From NCBI RefSeq assembly GCF_009914755.1, contig NC_060926.1: DNA of 64,000 bases. The stretch is one strand, 5' to 3'. Position 1 is the stretch's first letter; each line of letters begins with the position of its first letter. This stretch comes from the human T2T-CHM13v2.0 reference genome, Homo sapiens. Under the pieces are notes generated by a model that saw only the letters and a program-made list of their open reading frames with translations, had not been told where the DNA came from and made no database searches. Positions 44,501 through 64,000 of this stretch are shown piece after piece. The translations under genes and the position numbers were made by a program.

Positions 44501-46541
44501 CACATTCAATCTGCCAAAAAATTAATGATTACAAAGCCAGTATGGATGCTGCAATATCAAGAGAGATGTACGTACAATGATTAGAGCATTTGTAATTGCA
44601 CTATACCTGCAGGCAGTCTGTTTGTTAAATTACAGGTGCTTTCTGAGCAAGGGGAAAAAAAAGTAACCTGTGTTGTTTGAGGCTGGGAGAATCAAGGATG
44701 AGAACATCTCATTACTGTTTGGTGGTTTTGGTACTCATCTAACAGGCCGTGATTTTTCTCCCTCCCCATTTTGTTGTTCCAAAACAGTGATTTATATGGA
44801 AGTTTAGACTAGTGCCAAATAGCACTATAGTTAAAATGAGACCAGTATCATGGCCTAATTCTGACGTCCCAGCAGCTTTAAACAATCATGATTTATTTTC
44901 TTAAATCAAATTTCAACTCAAGCTGCTTGACAGAAGCTTGTCAATACATGTGCTGTATTTTTTTTGCATTTGTTGAAAAATTGCACATATAGAATTCCAA
45001 ACATTTCTCTTGGTAGGTTCAGTTACACAAATACATGTTCTATAGAACACTGAGAGGTTACTTTTAAGTCCACAAATCTTCCGTAAGTTCAACCTAATCA
45101 GTTACCAGTTCAAGAAGATCTTGAAGGTGGTAAACTAGCAGGAACTTCAGATTTAGGAAATTAAAGGTGTCAGAATAATACTATCAACCAATGTTCCTGG
45201 CAGACTTAATTGAACTTAAAGAACCATTGAGAGTAAAACTGGTTTCAAATAAAGAGACATAAACAGATTTCCTGTTAAACCTCACAAGATACTTTTTACA
45301 TTGCCGGTTTGGACACTGAACATGGGACGTGAACACTAACAACGTCATCTTAAGGACAAAGAAAAGAATGGACCGTGAGAATCAAATTTACAGTTCCAAC
45401 TGTTTGGCAATTGGCATTTCTGGTTCATTCTCAGCCAGTCATTTTAGGCTTCACAGTCTTACTCTCTTACATTTTAAGATACCAGCTTTTATTTTTTAAG
45501 TTCTTATTCATTTTATTTGACAAAAAGCCAGCTTTGGCAACACATACCCATAATAAAAGTCATTTTAAAATTGTGGCCCAAACACTAAGGAAAAAAAAAG
45601 AAAGGAAAAGCTCAAACAACAACAATAAAAAATTAAGAACAACCTCTAAAAAGTTTCTGGGTAGCAGCCATTAGGGTAATGTAGTGTGTGTTGGCATCTT
45701 TTTTGGCATCTGCAATTGAAAGAGAGGGTAAGAAAAAGAAGCAAAGAAGGGAGGAAAGACAATGGCACGTGGCATTTCAAAAGAAAGGACTCCTGCGTGT
45801 CTTTGATCCTGCCTTCTGCATATTTCTCTGAGCAATCAAGCTATGGCTGAAGGTAAACATCTAAAAGAAATGACACTTAACTGTTAGACGGGCATCCATT
45901 GTCCCAGTCCAAAGTGAGACAAGACAGTATATTCTATTAAAAAAGAAACCATGTGTGTATCCAGAGCAACACATTTAAAACCATAGTATTAATACATATA
46001 ATCCTTCAGCAAAAACTACAAACTTATATAAAGCTGATGATGGCTTACATCGAACGATGTGTCCTGACTGTAACATTTGAGAGAAAAACTTGACCAAGAA
46101 TGGAACTAGGATAAAGGCCATTGTAACATGGGAAAAAAATCAGGAGGGAGGTATGAATTAGGGGGGAAAAAAGGGAAATCAGCTTTGTTTTGCTCCATAG
46201 AAAAGAAAAAGAGAGAAAGAGAGAGAGAGAAAGAAACAAGTCTTATCTTTGTGAGTGCATGACTGAGAATTTAAAATACACCGAGTCACAAGGTTTTGCC
46301 TAAAAAAAAGATAGAGAGGAAATGTGCTGGGACTGTACTTCAGCATCCTCTGTTTTTCCTCTGAATAGTTTAAATAAAATCATAATGTTTACTACAAACT
46401 CTGTGGACACGCTCACACAGAGTCCAGGACGGCAATAAATTAGTATTATGCAAATTGTTTTCCACAGAAATACAGTCCCTCTTGTGTATCTTCAATAGCC
46501 CACCATGGAAGGGCAGGGCGGGTGTCTAGGAGGCACAACTA

Positions 46542-47285
<744 letters not shown>

Positions 47286-47288
47286 TCA

Positions 47289-48338
<1,050 letters not shown>

Positions 48339-48842
48339 TCATTTCATTGAAACAAAAGTCTTGTAGGCACCATTGGCAGGGGCAAGAAACAAGCACACAG
48401 GTTATTTGCAGAAGACCACAGAACTGGCAAATGACAGCGCCAGGATTCAATTATAAAATGGGGGATTCTTTTTCAAGAAAAATTAAAATGTCTAAAAACT
48501 AAATTGAAAACCTTTGATGAGGAGAAAACCAAGTAAGATAAAAGCTGTTTCTAAAACACTTCTGTGATCACATTAGTTGACGGGCATGTACGGGAAGCAG
48601 TTGCAATGTGGTCTCTTTTTAGAAGAGCCCTTGGCTTTTGCAGAACTTTCTGATTCTGAAGTGTTAGGTGACCTTTTCTCAGTAGCTGTGGCATCTCTGA
48701 GGGCTTGGGGATAATAAAGTGAAGATGTAGACTGGTCTGTCTTGAATGATCTTAGGACATTTTAATAACCTTAAAGTGGACATTAGAATAATGGGAGTAG
48801 GCAAAGTGTGACATCTCAAGCCCAGCATAAGCGTATGCTTTT

Positions 48843-49184
<342 letters not shown>

Positions 49185-49429
49185 TTAACACCTTTCATAA
49201 TTTCCTCCCAGAAAGCACACGTTCCTATCACCATAACTGTTGTCACATAAAAAATAACTAATAGTGCTCCAAAGATGTTTAAGATGGATTTCAAAGCTTC
49301 TAATATCTTGGCACTGAAGACATTACTTAGATCCATATATGTCTTATCTTTAATACCAACACATACCATGGTGATAGCAATCCTATAACCGTATCTAGCT
49401 CAAACTGTCTAACTATATCCCAAGCAGCA

Positions 49430-49572
49430 AAAAGAGGTGGAGAAAGAAGGGGAGGAGGAGGATGAAAACAAGAGGAAGAAGAGAAGGAAGAGGAGGAGAA
49501 AAAGAAGAGGAAGAAAGAGAAGGAGGAGGAATGGAAGAAGAAAAAAAGAAGAATGTAGGGGAGGAGGAGAAA
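49430..49572. repeat. GA-rich low-complexity purine tract
   Basis: Mixture of GAA and GAG units. Confidence 0.85.
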
Positions 49573-50332
49573 GCATTTATCAGCATAAATGCTCAGTCCA
49601 AAGGGCTGTTGATACATACTGATGAATAAACACGAGAACGGTGTAAGCCACAAGGAAGCAGCACTTTAGAGAATTTCAGTTCAGATGCCTCCCCTTTATG
49701 TTTCTCTAAATTAGAGAATTTCCGGACTAACCGTTCTTTCCTGAACCATGAACCATTGGCCCCTCCTATCAGAAACTTAGAGCTGTTCCCTGCCTGTGCA
49801 TCTCACAGTAGATGCTGCCGTTCAGTGAGAAAGAAAAATAGCCTTAAAGAGAAAGCCTGCTGGTTTGGGGAATAATTTCTCTGCTTTTCAGTTAAATAAA
49901 TTTAAAATGAGTTTTATTTTGTCTACTCATAACAACTGAAGTTCTGCATTGTGGTATATTCAAGTGTGTAGAAATTGAACCTCAAAGGACTCTTTCAGTT
50001 TAACTTTGTATGGAAATTATATTATTATGCAGGTAGTCATTGGATAATAATGGATTATCAAGTAATTTTGAAAGCTGTCAAGTCCATCTTATTCTTTCTA
50101 AACCCAATCCTTACCTTCCCAGTTCAGTCATTAGAACTCTGTATTTCCTGAGTCAAGAAAAACAGAAACAGCTTTACTCAGATAATTCAAATAGCTCAGA
50201 TAATACAAGAACAATAGTCTATTATGGCATTTGCAGTAGATGTTCTGGAATAGAGATAAGTAAAAATTTTCCCCAGACTCCTGCCATATGTAATCATTTA
50301 GTACAACCAGTCTGCTCAAAAATAAGTTTGTT

Positions 50333-50638
<306 letters not shown>

Positions 50639-51829
50639 TTAAATTTTCTGTTTAGATGAATCTATGTGTCTCTAGAAGAGTGGAGCAGCAAATCTACTTA
50701 ACAAAATCAGACATAAATGGGCTAAATTTAGGTGCCCCAAACTTGGAAATAAGATTAACCTCTGTGATTGGAAATATGAGAACAATACCTAATGAATGAG
50801 TAAATTAGCGATTTAGAGATATACACCACAGAAAGAGAAGGTCTTCAAGTTTTGGGCTAAACAACTGGAGAAATTATGAAGTCCAATGAAGGCAAGATTG
50901 CCATTGAAATGCAGCCTCATCAGTTTCATCAGAATTGGGCAGATGTAAAAAAACACTGGATGTTGTCATTTTGTCCGAAGACAGTGTTTTAGCAGAAGGA
51001 AGTTGGTTTACATGGAGTTTAGTTAGGGAATCTAAAACCAAGGATTTGGCAGTGTTTATCTAACTGTGTCCAGGAGAGGAAGATATGGAATCTGGCAGTC
51101 ACACACAGAATGTTCGGGACAATTAGGAGATCAAAGTGATGTGTTGTTATTTTGGCTGAGATTTAGGAATATTTCATTTCCCTGTCCCTGTCAAGGATCC
51201 ACAATGGAGCAAGCTCAGGAGACAAAGCAAAGCAAGTCATCACCATTACTAAGCTGGAGCTCTGGCCCCGAGCACTTCTGTGGACCTCTGGTCAATCAGG
51301 CTAGACCAAGTGGAGGAAGTGGAGGCCAAAGTAGCCACAGGCCAGAGCAGGTGAAATTACTAGTTCTGTCCATTCTACTGCAAGTCCCAACACAAGTAGG
51401 TTTTACCACTCCCAGTTCAGCAAAAGGGCACACAGAGTAGACCCACCAGCAACAGAGGAAAAGGAGCAAGGACAAGGAAGGAAGTTTGTGCCTTGGTGCC
51501 CGGAGCTGCCTTCCCCAGACCTTGGCTGGTAGAGCAGTAGCCGATCTGCATGAGAGGAACACCCAACACAAGACAGAGAGATTTAGCCAGGCAGAATCCA
51601 ATAAACTCAGAATGATCCCTCCAGACTAGGTGGATTTTGTTCTGATTGGAAATTTTACTTCTCAAGTAATTTTTAAATCATAACTGAATATCCAAAATGG
51701 CAGATTTAAGTATTCCACTCACTGGAAAGGTTTGAAACACATTGTGAAATAATGCATGGCTTTTCTGGTTTACTTCCCAGTCTCCTAAATTAAATTGCTT
51801 AGTGCATGTCAGCCTGTGAGGAAGGCTGT

Positions 51830-52060
51830 GCCATGTAGTAGAAAGGATGAGGGTTTGAAATCATATGTACCTGAGTTCAAATGTGATTCAATCCCTTATT
51901 AGCATTGTGTGACCTTCAAGTCATTTGAACAGTCTATGAGCCTAAGTTTTCTCCACTTCTTACAAACAGGCAGTGTATGGGGGTTGTTAGGGTTAAATGA
52001 AACAGCATTTGTAGTGTGTAGCGCACAGCTTTGCAAGCAATAAATGCTCAAAATGTGAGA
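51830..52060 (-). mobile_element. MIR
   Basis: acctgagttcaaat...tgtgtgaccttcaagtcatttg...agcctaagttttctc. Confidence 0.6.
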
Positions 52061-52607
52061 TGCCTTCTACCTCTGGCTTTCCCCTGAGATCCTGACAAAT
52101 CCTCCATGGACCAACAAAAATCAAACCTGTATGACTGTATGCATCTGCTATGGATTAAAGCTGGGTCCTGGATGCCTACAAAGGCAGTGTCCTCTATGGG
52201 CTCCCCTGGACCCATCAGCTGGACCATTCCCTAAGGTGTCTCTGTCTGTTCCTCATTTTTCACACCCATGTGCAGAAACATGCAGCCACCCCTAGCCACA
52301 CTCAGGCAACATCAGGTATGAGATACATGTAGTTTTTTTAAAAAGCAGTAACTTCCCCTTAGTAAATATACCTGTCATGAGCCCTGGCATTTTGCACTTA
52401 ACATTTTAAAGACAGAAGAAAATAAAAGTAGTCTCAACCTCAGTCTACATCAATGAGCACTTGTTTTGTGTCAGGTTCTCTCCAGAGTTTTTTTATTCAA
52501 GCACAGCAACCACCGTTGAATTAGATAATATCATTATTATGCCCACCTCATAGGTAGAAGACAGAAGTCCATATCAAATGGCCTTGACTTGGAAGGATAA
52601 TTGATAA

Positions 52608-52823
52608 TTTTCTTTTTTCTTTTTTGAGAGAGTTTCACTCTTGTTGCCCAGGCTGGAGTGCAATGGTGCGATCTCAGCTCATGCAACCTCTGTATCCCGG
52701 GTTCAAGTGATTCTCCTGCCTCAGCCTCCCGAGTAGCTGAAATTACAGACATGCACCACCACACCCAACTAATTTTTGTATTTTTAGTAGAGATGGGTTT
52801 TCTCCATGTTGGTCATGCTGGTC
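52608..52823 (-). mobile_element. 5'-truncated Alu
   Basis: Ends at gctggtc; TSD gataatttt. Confidence 0.9.
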
Positions 52824-53734
52824 GATAATTTTCAACTAGGATTTGATTTACTGGGTACATGCTATTTGTGCATTACTTATAGAAGTCATGTTGACTAAGT
52901 GAAGAAAAGACTGAGGAATATATTAAAACACATTTCTCTAAAACTGATTTTGAATGCTATGAGATGAGAATAAAACTATTACAGTTTCACCTTTGTTGTA
53001 TTGCCAGCAATGCCTGTGGGCTTTTAGGCTATGGTGAAACCTTATCTCTACCCAAACTTCATGGTCATACTTCCATTTAAGCACAGAAAAGGTATAAAGT
53101 CACAATACATAAAGTTATTTTTTGGCACTGGGAATAAGAAATGCCCATCAGCAGTTTGCCAATCTGTGCAAGAATTATCAGTCACTGGCCATCAAAAGTC
53201 ATCAACAAGCTCATGACCATTCCAATTCCAGGCTTTGAGAGGTTCCAGGGCATGCAGGAGTAAGGTAGAAAAATGTTGCCACCCACTTCTGCCAAAAGTC
53301 TGGCCCATGAATCAGAAAGCCAGCAGTCATCTCCTTTACTGAGAGAGAGTTGTATTCGTGGCAGCTGAAGCCACCCCTTTATCCTCAATTTTCACCCCAC
53401 TCTTCTTCAACAGCACCTCTTTCCCTGAATCAGTGTCAGATAATACAAATTGTAGCAGCATCCAAGAGTGGAATAGGATAGGTAATGGGGCCATTGTTAA
53501 CATTTCATGAAGTCTGCAAAAGAGAGAAAAAGATCTGAGGATTGTAGTTTTCAGGCTAAAGAAGTATCGCTGGCTCCAAATGATTAGGAACCGTTTGTTT
53601 TTTATAATACTATGGATCTATTTTTTCTTCTTTAAAAACTAAAAGTAGCTTACATTTTACACAAATCTGATAATTAATGACATTAATGAGTAAAATATCT
53701 GATTGCTAATTAGATAACCCATTGTATTCATTCA

Positions 53735-54450
53735 GATTTGTTGAGCATTCATTTATTGAGCATTATTACTGAGGCCCTCCTACATGCAAAACGTTCTTCT
53801 AGGCACTGGGGATACAGTCAAGGATACAGTCAAAGTCTTCCCTTCAGGGAGCCTGCATTCTGCTGAGGGGGAGACAGACAACACACAGACAATTTAAAAA
53901 ACCAGAGAGTGAAAAGAACTACCCAGAGTGGATGGAATGGAGTGAATAAATCGTTCCTTATGATGAGAATAGTCAGGGAAGGCCTTTTTGAGGAGGTGCC
54001 TTTTAATTTGAGGTTCCAATATCGGGAAGAAGCTGGTCAGGAGAAGTTCCAATGGGTCACATTTCTAGGTAGAGGGAATAGTTGAAGCGAAGGCTGTGGC
54101 TGCAAGGAGTTCATTTTGTTTGAGGAACTGTACAGGCCAAGTAGATGGAGCTTGGTGGCTGAGACCTTCAAAGAGAGCGGATCCAGATGAGGCAAAAGAG
54201 ACCAGGGAGGGCCAGACCTCACATGCTGGAGTGGCCACAGCGAGTCTGATCTTTTTCTAAGGCCAACGGGAAGTCATTGGAAGGTTTTCAGTGATGACTC
54301 ACAAGATCGGATTTATATTTTACAAGATCCTCCTGCCTGTTTTGTGGAAATGGATGGTAGGGGTGTGAGAGAGAAAGCGAGAGGTCAGGGTATGTTTGGA
54401 AGAAGAGTTGGTGGGACTTGTTGATGGATTAACTGTGGAAGGTGAGGGAG
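53735..54450 (-). mobile_element. L2 fragment
   Basis: atttattgagc...ctaggcactggggatacag...ggaagtcattggaaggtttt. Confidence 0.65.
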
Positions 54451-54959
54451 GAAGGAGGAGTTGACGAAATCCAGTCTAGTGTTGGTCATGATGAAATTTA
54501 CATAATATTCAGAAAACTAGATAACAGTGGCAGGAGGAAACCTCTCAATCTGGTATCTAGTGGACTAATGTGTGTGTGTGTGTTATTAGAACTATGGAGA
54601 AAATTTTATTAATTATGAAATAATGTGTATATGTTCATGCTTGTGTCTGTCTGTGATGCTATGTAATAGAATATCAAATAGATTTTTTTCCGTTTTCATG
54701 GCTCAAAGCCAAGGAGACCAGCCACATCTTGCTTTTACTGAAAGGCATTAATGAAGATTTGGCTCTACCACTAACTCCTGCATATATCTCCTCCCCCTTC
54801 CTATAAGCCAAGGTCCGTGAAGGGAGAAGTCTCACTGGGTGTGCACAGCTTCCAAACAGCAGAACTGCCATCCCTGGCCCACTTTACTCCTGAAACTGAG
54901 TATGTTTGTCTGTCTTCTGGCGAGACTAGCATCTTGCTACTCACTTGAGCATCTGCTTA

Positions 54960-55950
54960 GACAGAAAAAAATTTGAAGATAAATATTTTAAAAATCAATA
55001 GTTTCCTAAATACGAGAAATAATTAGAAATAAAACCAAAAAATTCTATTTACACCATCATTAGGAAAACAGAATGTTAGGAATAATCCTTACAAGACATT
55101 TGTGAAACCTCTACTTAAAAAAATACATACACTTTATAAATGCACAGCAATATGTAATGATTTTTAACCAATTTTTAAATCTATCTACTAGTTTACAGAA
55201 ATATGGTTTTTTCAATTGAGTATAAGGGTTAAAAGTATCTAATTCCAATCCCAAAAGGATTTTCTTTGCAATTTGACAAAATAATTTCAAAGTTCATCTG
55301 GAGAAAGGAACAGTTGAGATTAGTGGGAAAAAAGGAAGCAGAGCTGTGGACACTCCCTGTGAAACGCTATGTACGAAACGAAGTGTTCATAGAAAGCTGC
55401 ACAGACTCTACAATTCACAGATAAACCACTGAGCACAATGATCTTAAAACAGAAACATGAATTTAACATTTCATAGCGAAGCATCCTAAAGCCATGTAAG
55501 GGATAGGCTTTCTTACCAAAGAGTATGTGGAAAGTCATCTATTTCATTCAGGAAAGAAGTCTAATTGGAGACTTAACTCATACCACACACTGGAATAAGT
55601 TGTCATACATTAAACAGATAGATGTAAAAACAATATGAAACCACTCCAGAATTTTTTTAAGGCTGCTAAAATAAAAAGTAGGCAAACATAACCTAATCTT
55701 GGTTTGAAAAAATTTAAGAAAAAAGAAAGCATTGAATGAAACCACACAGGAAAAAAGAGAACTGACAATATAAACCTGTCTATATGTACATATACATATA
55801 AAAATAAAGGAGATTAAAAACAACTGGAGAAAAATCTTATAATGTATTTCCTACATAACATGACATTTTACTAAGCAATTGAAATATAGCTTATTAAAAA
55901 AATAGGTAAAAGATACAAGGAGACATCCATAAAAGAAGACAAAAAGCTAA
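54960..55950 (+). mobile_element. Old L1M ORF2 fragments
   Basis: A-rich, e.g. aattccaatcccaaaaggattt...ttcaaagttcatctgga. Confidence 0.6.
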
Positions 55951-55955
55951 TAAAT

Positions 55956-56272
<317 letters not shown>

Positions 56273-57464
56273 TTAGATGAATCTGAATAAAGCACCTCGG
56301 TAAATGAGAGAGAAAGCAAGTAACTTTTTACAGGGTCATAATAGGATTTGAGTTGGGAAGGAGTTCGCTGGGCAGAGAACCAAGTTCATGATAATCTAGG
56401 AGGAAGAACCAGTGAGTAAATATTCAACCGTATGGAAAAGCTCTGCCCTGTTTGAAATGGCTAACATTTAAGTTCAAACACTGGCAGAGGCATAGGTTGA
56501 GGCTAAAATTTTGACTGCGACTGGTTTTTGAAGGGCAGTCCAGTTAATGCTGCTGAGTTTGGCCTTCCTCTTGTATGCAACAACAGGATAATAAAGATTT
56601 CTAGAGAGGAAATATTTTTTTGATTTTTTGGAAGGTAATTGTTGCAAGCAATGTACAGAAAAGACTGGAGGGTGGAGAGAACAGTTTCAGGGAGATCAGT
56701 TAAGAGGCGGTTGCACTTTTCCAGTAAGAAAAGTTGCAGCCTGAGGAAATAGACTCTGCTAAAAATACTGATACTAATAGAACAGCTGTGGCTCTTTCCA
56801 CTGTCCTGGCTCAAAGTGAAGTTTTGAACTGTTTTGGTTTTTGTTTTTTGTTTTTCTGAAACCACCCAAGTTGAGCTGCTGGTTCTCTCTGCACTACCCA
56901 GTCCTGTCGGGCGTCCACGGTTCTACCCTTCCTTTTAGGGGCCTTAAAAAGTGCTGGGTTATTGAAAAATATTTACAGTAGAGTTGAGATGGGCTGACTG
57001 AAACATCAGGATGTATACGGGTCACATTTCTCCTGGGTGCTCATGGAGTGAGGTGCAAGCAGCGATCAGAGGAAGACCTTCACGGGGAGCAATGAAGGCA
57101 ATGCTAGCAGTTCTCCTGGCGGGACGGGGAACAGCACTCCCCTGAACGGTGGTGGTCAGACTTCAGCGTGGCTTGGTTCCATCACCTGCCCGACTGCCCT
57201 TGGTTTGGCTGTATTGGTCTTCTTTAGGGCAGAAACTGAGTTCTTTCCAAGTATGATCTCTACTCTTCTCTGTGTGATCCCTCCAAGCCATGCAGGTCAC
57301 CCTGACCTCGTTCTTGTCAGGTTCTCTATCATCCTATTGACTCCCTGGAAAACCACAACCTTAATTGTTTATTTGTAGGCTAATTTTATACCTTTATCTT
57401 TGAAATCTTTGCCTTTTGATTTTCAAAAATTGTTCTTTCAAAAATCTTGGTTCTTATAAACTAA

Positions 57465-57814
<350 letters not shown>

Positions 57815-58315
57815 GACTCTCTTTTTCTTTGTGTTTGACTAAATAAGTTTTAAACCTCTGTTCTCACATTTCCCTTAAAAATCTCTCTTAACAGTTTGCA
57901 TTCTCTTTGTGTTTGAGCTAAATAAATTTTAAACTTCTGTTCTCTCATTTCTCTTAAACTAAAGATATCACTAGCAGTTTGTATCCCTATATAGGGACAT
58001 ACATGATCAGACAGATACGGAAAAGAAAAGCATACTAAATTATTTTCTAAATATAATTTATTACAATAATTCTTTTAAAAGCTAACTAAAATTATGATAT
58101 CCTAGGAGGATAAAAATTACTAAAATGGACTCAAGAAGAAACAGAAAAAAGAAAAGGCTAATTCGAATGATAGAAAAAAAGCTGAAAAGGATGTCAGAGT
58201 CCTCAACTATTTCATAATAGAGATGCCCAGTTTTGTGCATGTAACCTTTGAGGATTATATGTAATGCCTATGATTATTTTTTAAATTGCTCTGAAGCATT
58301 GGTTTTCAAAATATT

Positions 58316-58641
<326 letters not shown>

Positions 58642-58972
58642 TTATTAAACATATGAATTCCTTTCTCCTCTCTCCCCATCTTCTCTTTGGGACTTTGATA
58701 TAGTAGTTATGGGATGGGATCTGGGAATTTGAATTTTAAACAAACAGATGCTTACAGAACCATACTGTCCTTAGAGAAACCTGTTCTAAAGCCATAGTCT
58801 TTTTAAATACGAAGTTTGCACAAACAATTCATTAGAATGGATTAAAGAAATAGAACTTTAGTTATTTTTCCTAATAAAATAATAATTTTCAGTTTCACTT
58901 TAATAGCATTTAACTGCTTGAGCTGGCCTCCTCTCTGAGTTCTTATGTCAAATGGCCAATTCACACGCATGG

Positions 58973-59979
<1,007 letters not shown>

Positions 59980-60356
59980 TCACCAGTGTGTTTGCTCTTT
60001 AAACACTGCATGGCAATTTCTAATTATGTGGGTTATACCATACAGTTGTCACTAAAGGAATCCTCACAAAATGAACAAGTGGCATGATTATATTCCTGAA
60101 GAGAAGCCACAGATTGAAGACAGAGCACTACTGGATGATGCTTTTCCTATTTGTAGTTCAAGGAAAAGATTTCATCAATCACATTATGAGTCAAACACAA
60201 GGATGATCTAATCAGATATGAAAAGCATTGGCTCAGTAATTTTAAGTGATCAGAAATGTTACTGGAAAATAGAGATCCATACACAGTATCAGCAATAGCA
60301 AACCTTATCTTAATTGGATATTGTACCTGTGAATTAAGTAATAAAAGGATGAGGTC

Positions 60357-60678
<322 letters not shown>

Positions 60679-61571
60679 TTAATATGCTGAGTACTTAAAA
60701 TCTAAGCATCCAGAATATTATTAAAATAAATTTAATTAGAGATATCATTTGTAAATAAATGAACATTCACATATTGTGGTAATATTTCAACAGCATTGTT
60801 TTTGCTGATAAATGTGCATCATTAAACATATTAAGCGTCTTCTTTCAAGCAGCACTATTCAAAGTGTGGTCCATGGGCTTCTGGTGGTCATGAACTGTTT
60901 GTTACAAGTTCATGATAAATATGGCAATGAGAGTCAGCATTTAGAGACTTTTACAACAATTTGGTAGAGTAATTTAGTGTCTATTGAATGTAATCATAAA
61001 GAAATTAAACTTTTATTTCGATTGTTTATGGCTTCTTATTTTACTTTTCTACTAATTTCTTTTTGTTTTGTTTTAACCAAAATAGCAGTACATGATGGAT
61101 GGGAAACTGCAAAAAAGGATTTCACACAGATAATTTGAAAAACATTGTTTTAAAGCATAGAAAACAATCCTAATTTATGTATAACGTATAATATCCTAAT
61201 TTATTTTATAAATTAGCTTAGTCCTGAAATAAAAACCTGACAAATATCCCACAATAAGAAACCTACAATTACATTATGAGTAAAATATTAGCAAATCCAT
61301 CCAGTCTCAAATTAAAATACTAATATGCTATGACCAAATTGAATTTTGTTTTTTCTTCTTTAACTTTTAAACTGCAGTGATGGTTTAATTTTTAATAATG
61401 TGTTATTTATGTTATAGTATTGGCTTAAAAGAGACAACAATATAATTACACTGCTAAATATTCATGAAAAATTATTTCATCAACAAAACAGGATATTAAG
61501 CAGTAATGAGTACAACTTTTCATAATCATATATTTACTTAGTAGAAAAAAATCTGAAATATTATAAACTAA

Positions 61572-61927
<356 letters not shown>

Positions 61928-61935
61928 AACCAGTA

Positions 61936-62238
61936 CTTTTTTTTTTTTTTTTAAGAGACAGGATCTTGCCCTGTCACCTAGGCTAGAGTACAATGGCATG
62001 ATTATAGCTAACTGCAACCTTGATGTCCTGGGCTCAAGTGTTCCTCTTATCTCAGCCTCCCAAGTAGCTGGGACTACAGGTGTGTACCACCACTCCTGGC
62101 TAATTTATTTATTTATTTGTTGTAGAGATAGGGTCTTGCTATGTTGCCAAGGCTGATCTCAGACTCACAGCCTTAAGCGATCCTTCTGCCTTGACCTCCT
62201 AAAGTACTTGGACTAGAAGCGTGAGCCACTGTGCCTGG
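61936..62238 (-). mobile_element. AluJ
   Basis: gggctcaagtg and gggtcttgctatgttgcc are AluJ-type features. Confidence 0.88.
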
Positions 62239-63094
62239 ACTATAACATATATAATTTTATGTAGTAAGTTAAAAAATGTATAGTCATTATCGGTATAAAA
62301 CATTGTATGTGCCTGGAGTCTAAATTCCTATAAAACATGTAAGGATTTAATATTACTCACTTACAGTTTTACACATTTTCCACCAGCTTGTTTTGGAAGT
62401 AATTTACTCAATGGCTCATTTTCGTTTCATCTTCAGGAATGAGCAATTTGTAATTGACAAAGAAAAGCAATAAAAAAACCCATTAGCCTCTCTCAAACTA
62501 CTGTGCATTACATGCATTTGCATTAACAAAGACAGATTTTTTGTACTCTGAAAAGTATCAAGTCTTTTTTTCTCCCCGTGCTGTGGCCTTACTTATTTCC
62601 TAGGTAACAGGGTCCAGTCTTCTTCCCTTGAAATTTCCCTCCCCTGATGGGTCTGCCTTCTAGATAGTTCCTTTCTTTGTTTATGTGATTACTCTGAACT
62701 TCCCACCCTTCTTTACTGCCTACCTGTCGAATGCTTTTTCTAATAGTTCTAGTCATCGATAATCATCCTTGGGTTTGACTCATAATGTGATTAATGAAAT
62801 CTTTTTTTTGAACTACAAATGGGAAAATCATCATCTTTTTTCTTTGAACACTTAAATCACAATAGCATTATTTATTATAAAATCACTAATACTCTCTAAA
62901 TGTCTTGCTGAAATAATTTAGTTCAGTAGTCCCTTTCCTTTCATGTGTATTTAGACTAGATTCCTTAAAGAAATCATAATTTCTTTTAGAAGAATACTTG
63001 TCACACACACCAAAAAACAACCCAAAGTGATTGTGTTGAGTGAAAAGAACAAGGTGAGAAATTGTGAATGTATTTAATAGTATTGCATCTTCAT

Positions 63095-63990
63095 TCATTC
63101 TCTCAAAAGAATATTTGCTGAATATTTACTATGTGACAGTTACTGCCGTAGGAGCTGGTGATATGACAAGGAACATACAAGATGGGATCTTTGCCATCAA
63201 GTTGCACGCATGTATACGTACATGCATATGTGCATATGCATAGACATAGAGTAAAACATCAGTCTGCAACAAAACAGATTAAGAGGACAGAGAGTGTATA
63301 CTGGTTATTCTTCATCATCTATCTAGATCTATTCTCTGCTCTTTGCTGCTTGGCTCTTTGTGGCTCCTGTTTTCTATTGCTCATGAAGAGCGAATGCCCT
63401 GTTCTTTAGGAAAACATTGTTGGGCTTTTAGACGGTGGGCCAGGAGGGCAGATCCCATTCTCTGTTATGGGACATTTCATCAGAAGTGAGTGGAGACTTG
63501 GAACTAATGGGATTTTTGCAGATTACTGACAGTTCTGGGGACTCAACAAAGATGGCAGTGGTGTGGCATGGTCCACGTTCAGGAGAGGGGTGCCACCTTT
63601 TAAACAAAGGAAACAGTCAAGGGAAGCTGAGATTTATGTTCAGTATAGAAGGCTTTCTGAGGAGGTGCCATGCAAATTTCTGATTGAATTGAGAAAGCGA
63701 GTCATTCAAATATCTGAGTGAAGTGTTCCAGACAGAGAAAACCACAGTGCAAAGGAAAGTGAGGAGCAGCAAGAAAGCCAATGTGGCTGATGAAGTGACT
63801 GAGGGGGTAGTGATAGGAGCTGAGGGTGGAGAGGTAGCCAGAAGCTGGCTACATAGAGTTTTTTAGGCCATATTTTGAAGACTTTAACAAAAAATTATGA
63901 GTGAGGTTGGAAGGCATTCAAAGGTTTCAACTTTGCGATTTGAAAGTGACAAACTATGACTTACATTTTAAAAAGATAACTGATGACTGT
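63095..63990 (-). mobile_element. L2 fragments
   Basis: cattcattc...atatttgctgaatatttactatgtg; ggaaggcattcaaaggttt. Confidence 0.55.
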
Positions 63991-64000
63991 GTGGCAAATA

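Noticed and set aside
49437-49622. Lys/Arg/Glu-rich ORF
   Set aside because: Translation of a GA-rich simple repeat
60095-60145. EDRALLDDAF peptide resembling an M1 aminopeptidase motif
   Set aside because: Too short, and the flanking translation gives no further similarity

Overview
Primate (human-like) nuclear DNA with no intact protein-coding gene. It is a mosaic of duplicated and retroposed relics, probably the 2q21 GNAQ-pseudogene region (locus recalled, not verified). In order: the 3' end of a young L1PA (1-2215) inserted into a ~7 kb old NUMT (ND4L to ND1 with 13 mt-tRNA relics and OL, a CYTB fragment fused to ND1, and a COX1 patch inside ND4L); an intron-containing COL11A2 fragment of 12 Gly-X-Y exons; an unidentified GC-rich block; a CpG-rich MED15 processed-pseudogene fragment; five consecutive ATP12A exons with introns; a twin-primed L1; a full-length GNAQ retrocopy with target-site duplication (TSD), poly(A), a ~700 nt GC-rich leader and a perfect 13-bp tandem repeat; then Alu/L1/L2-rich DNA containing a 74-bp inverted repeat. 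Most ORFs in the supplied track are spurious. I found no convincing novel functional system; the notable signals are structural and evolutionary. Homologies were recognised from remembered sequences, not from searches.
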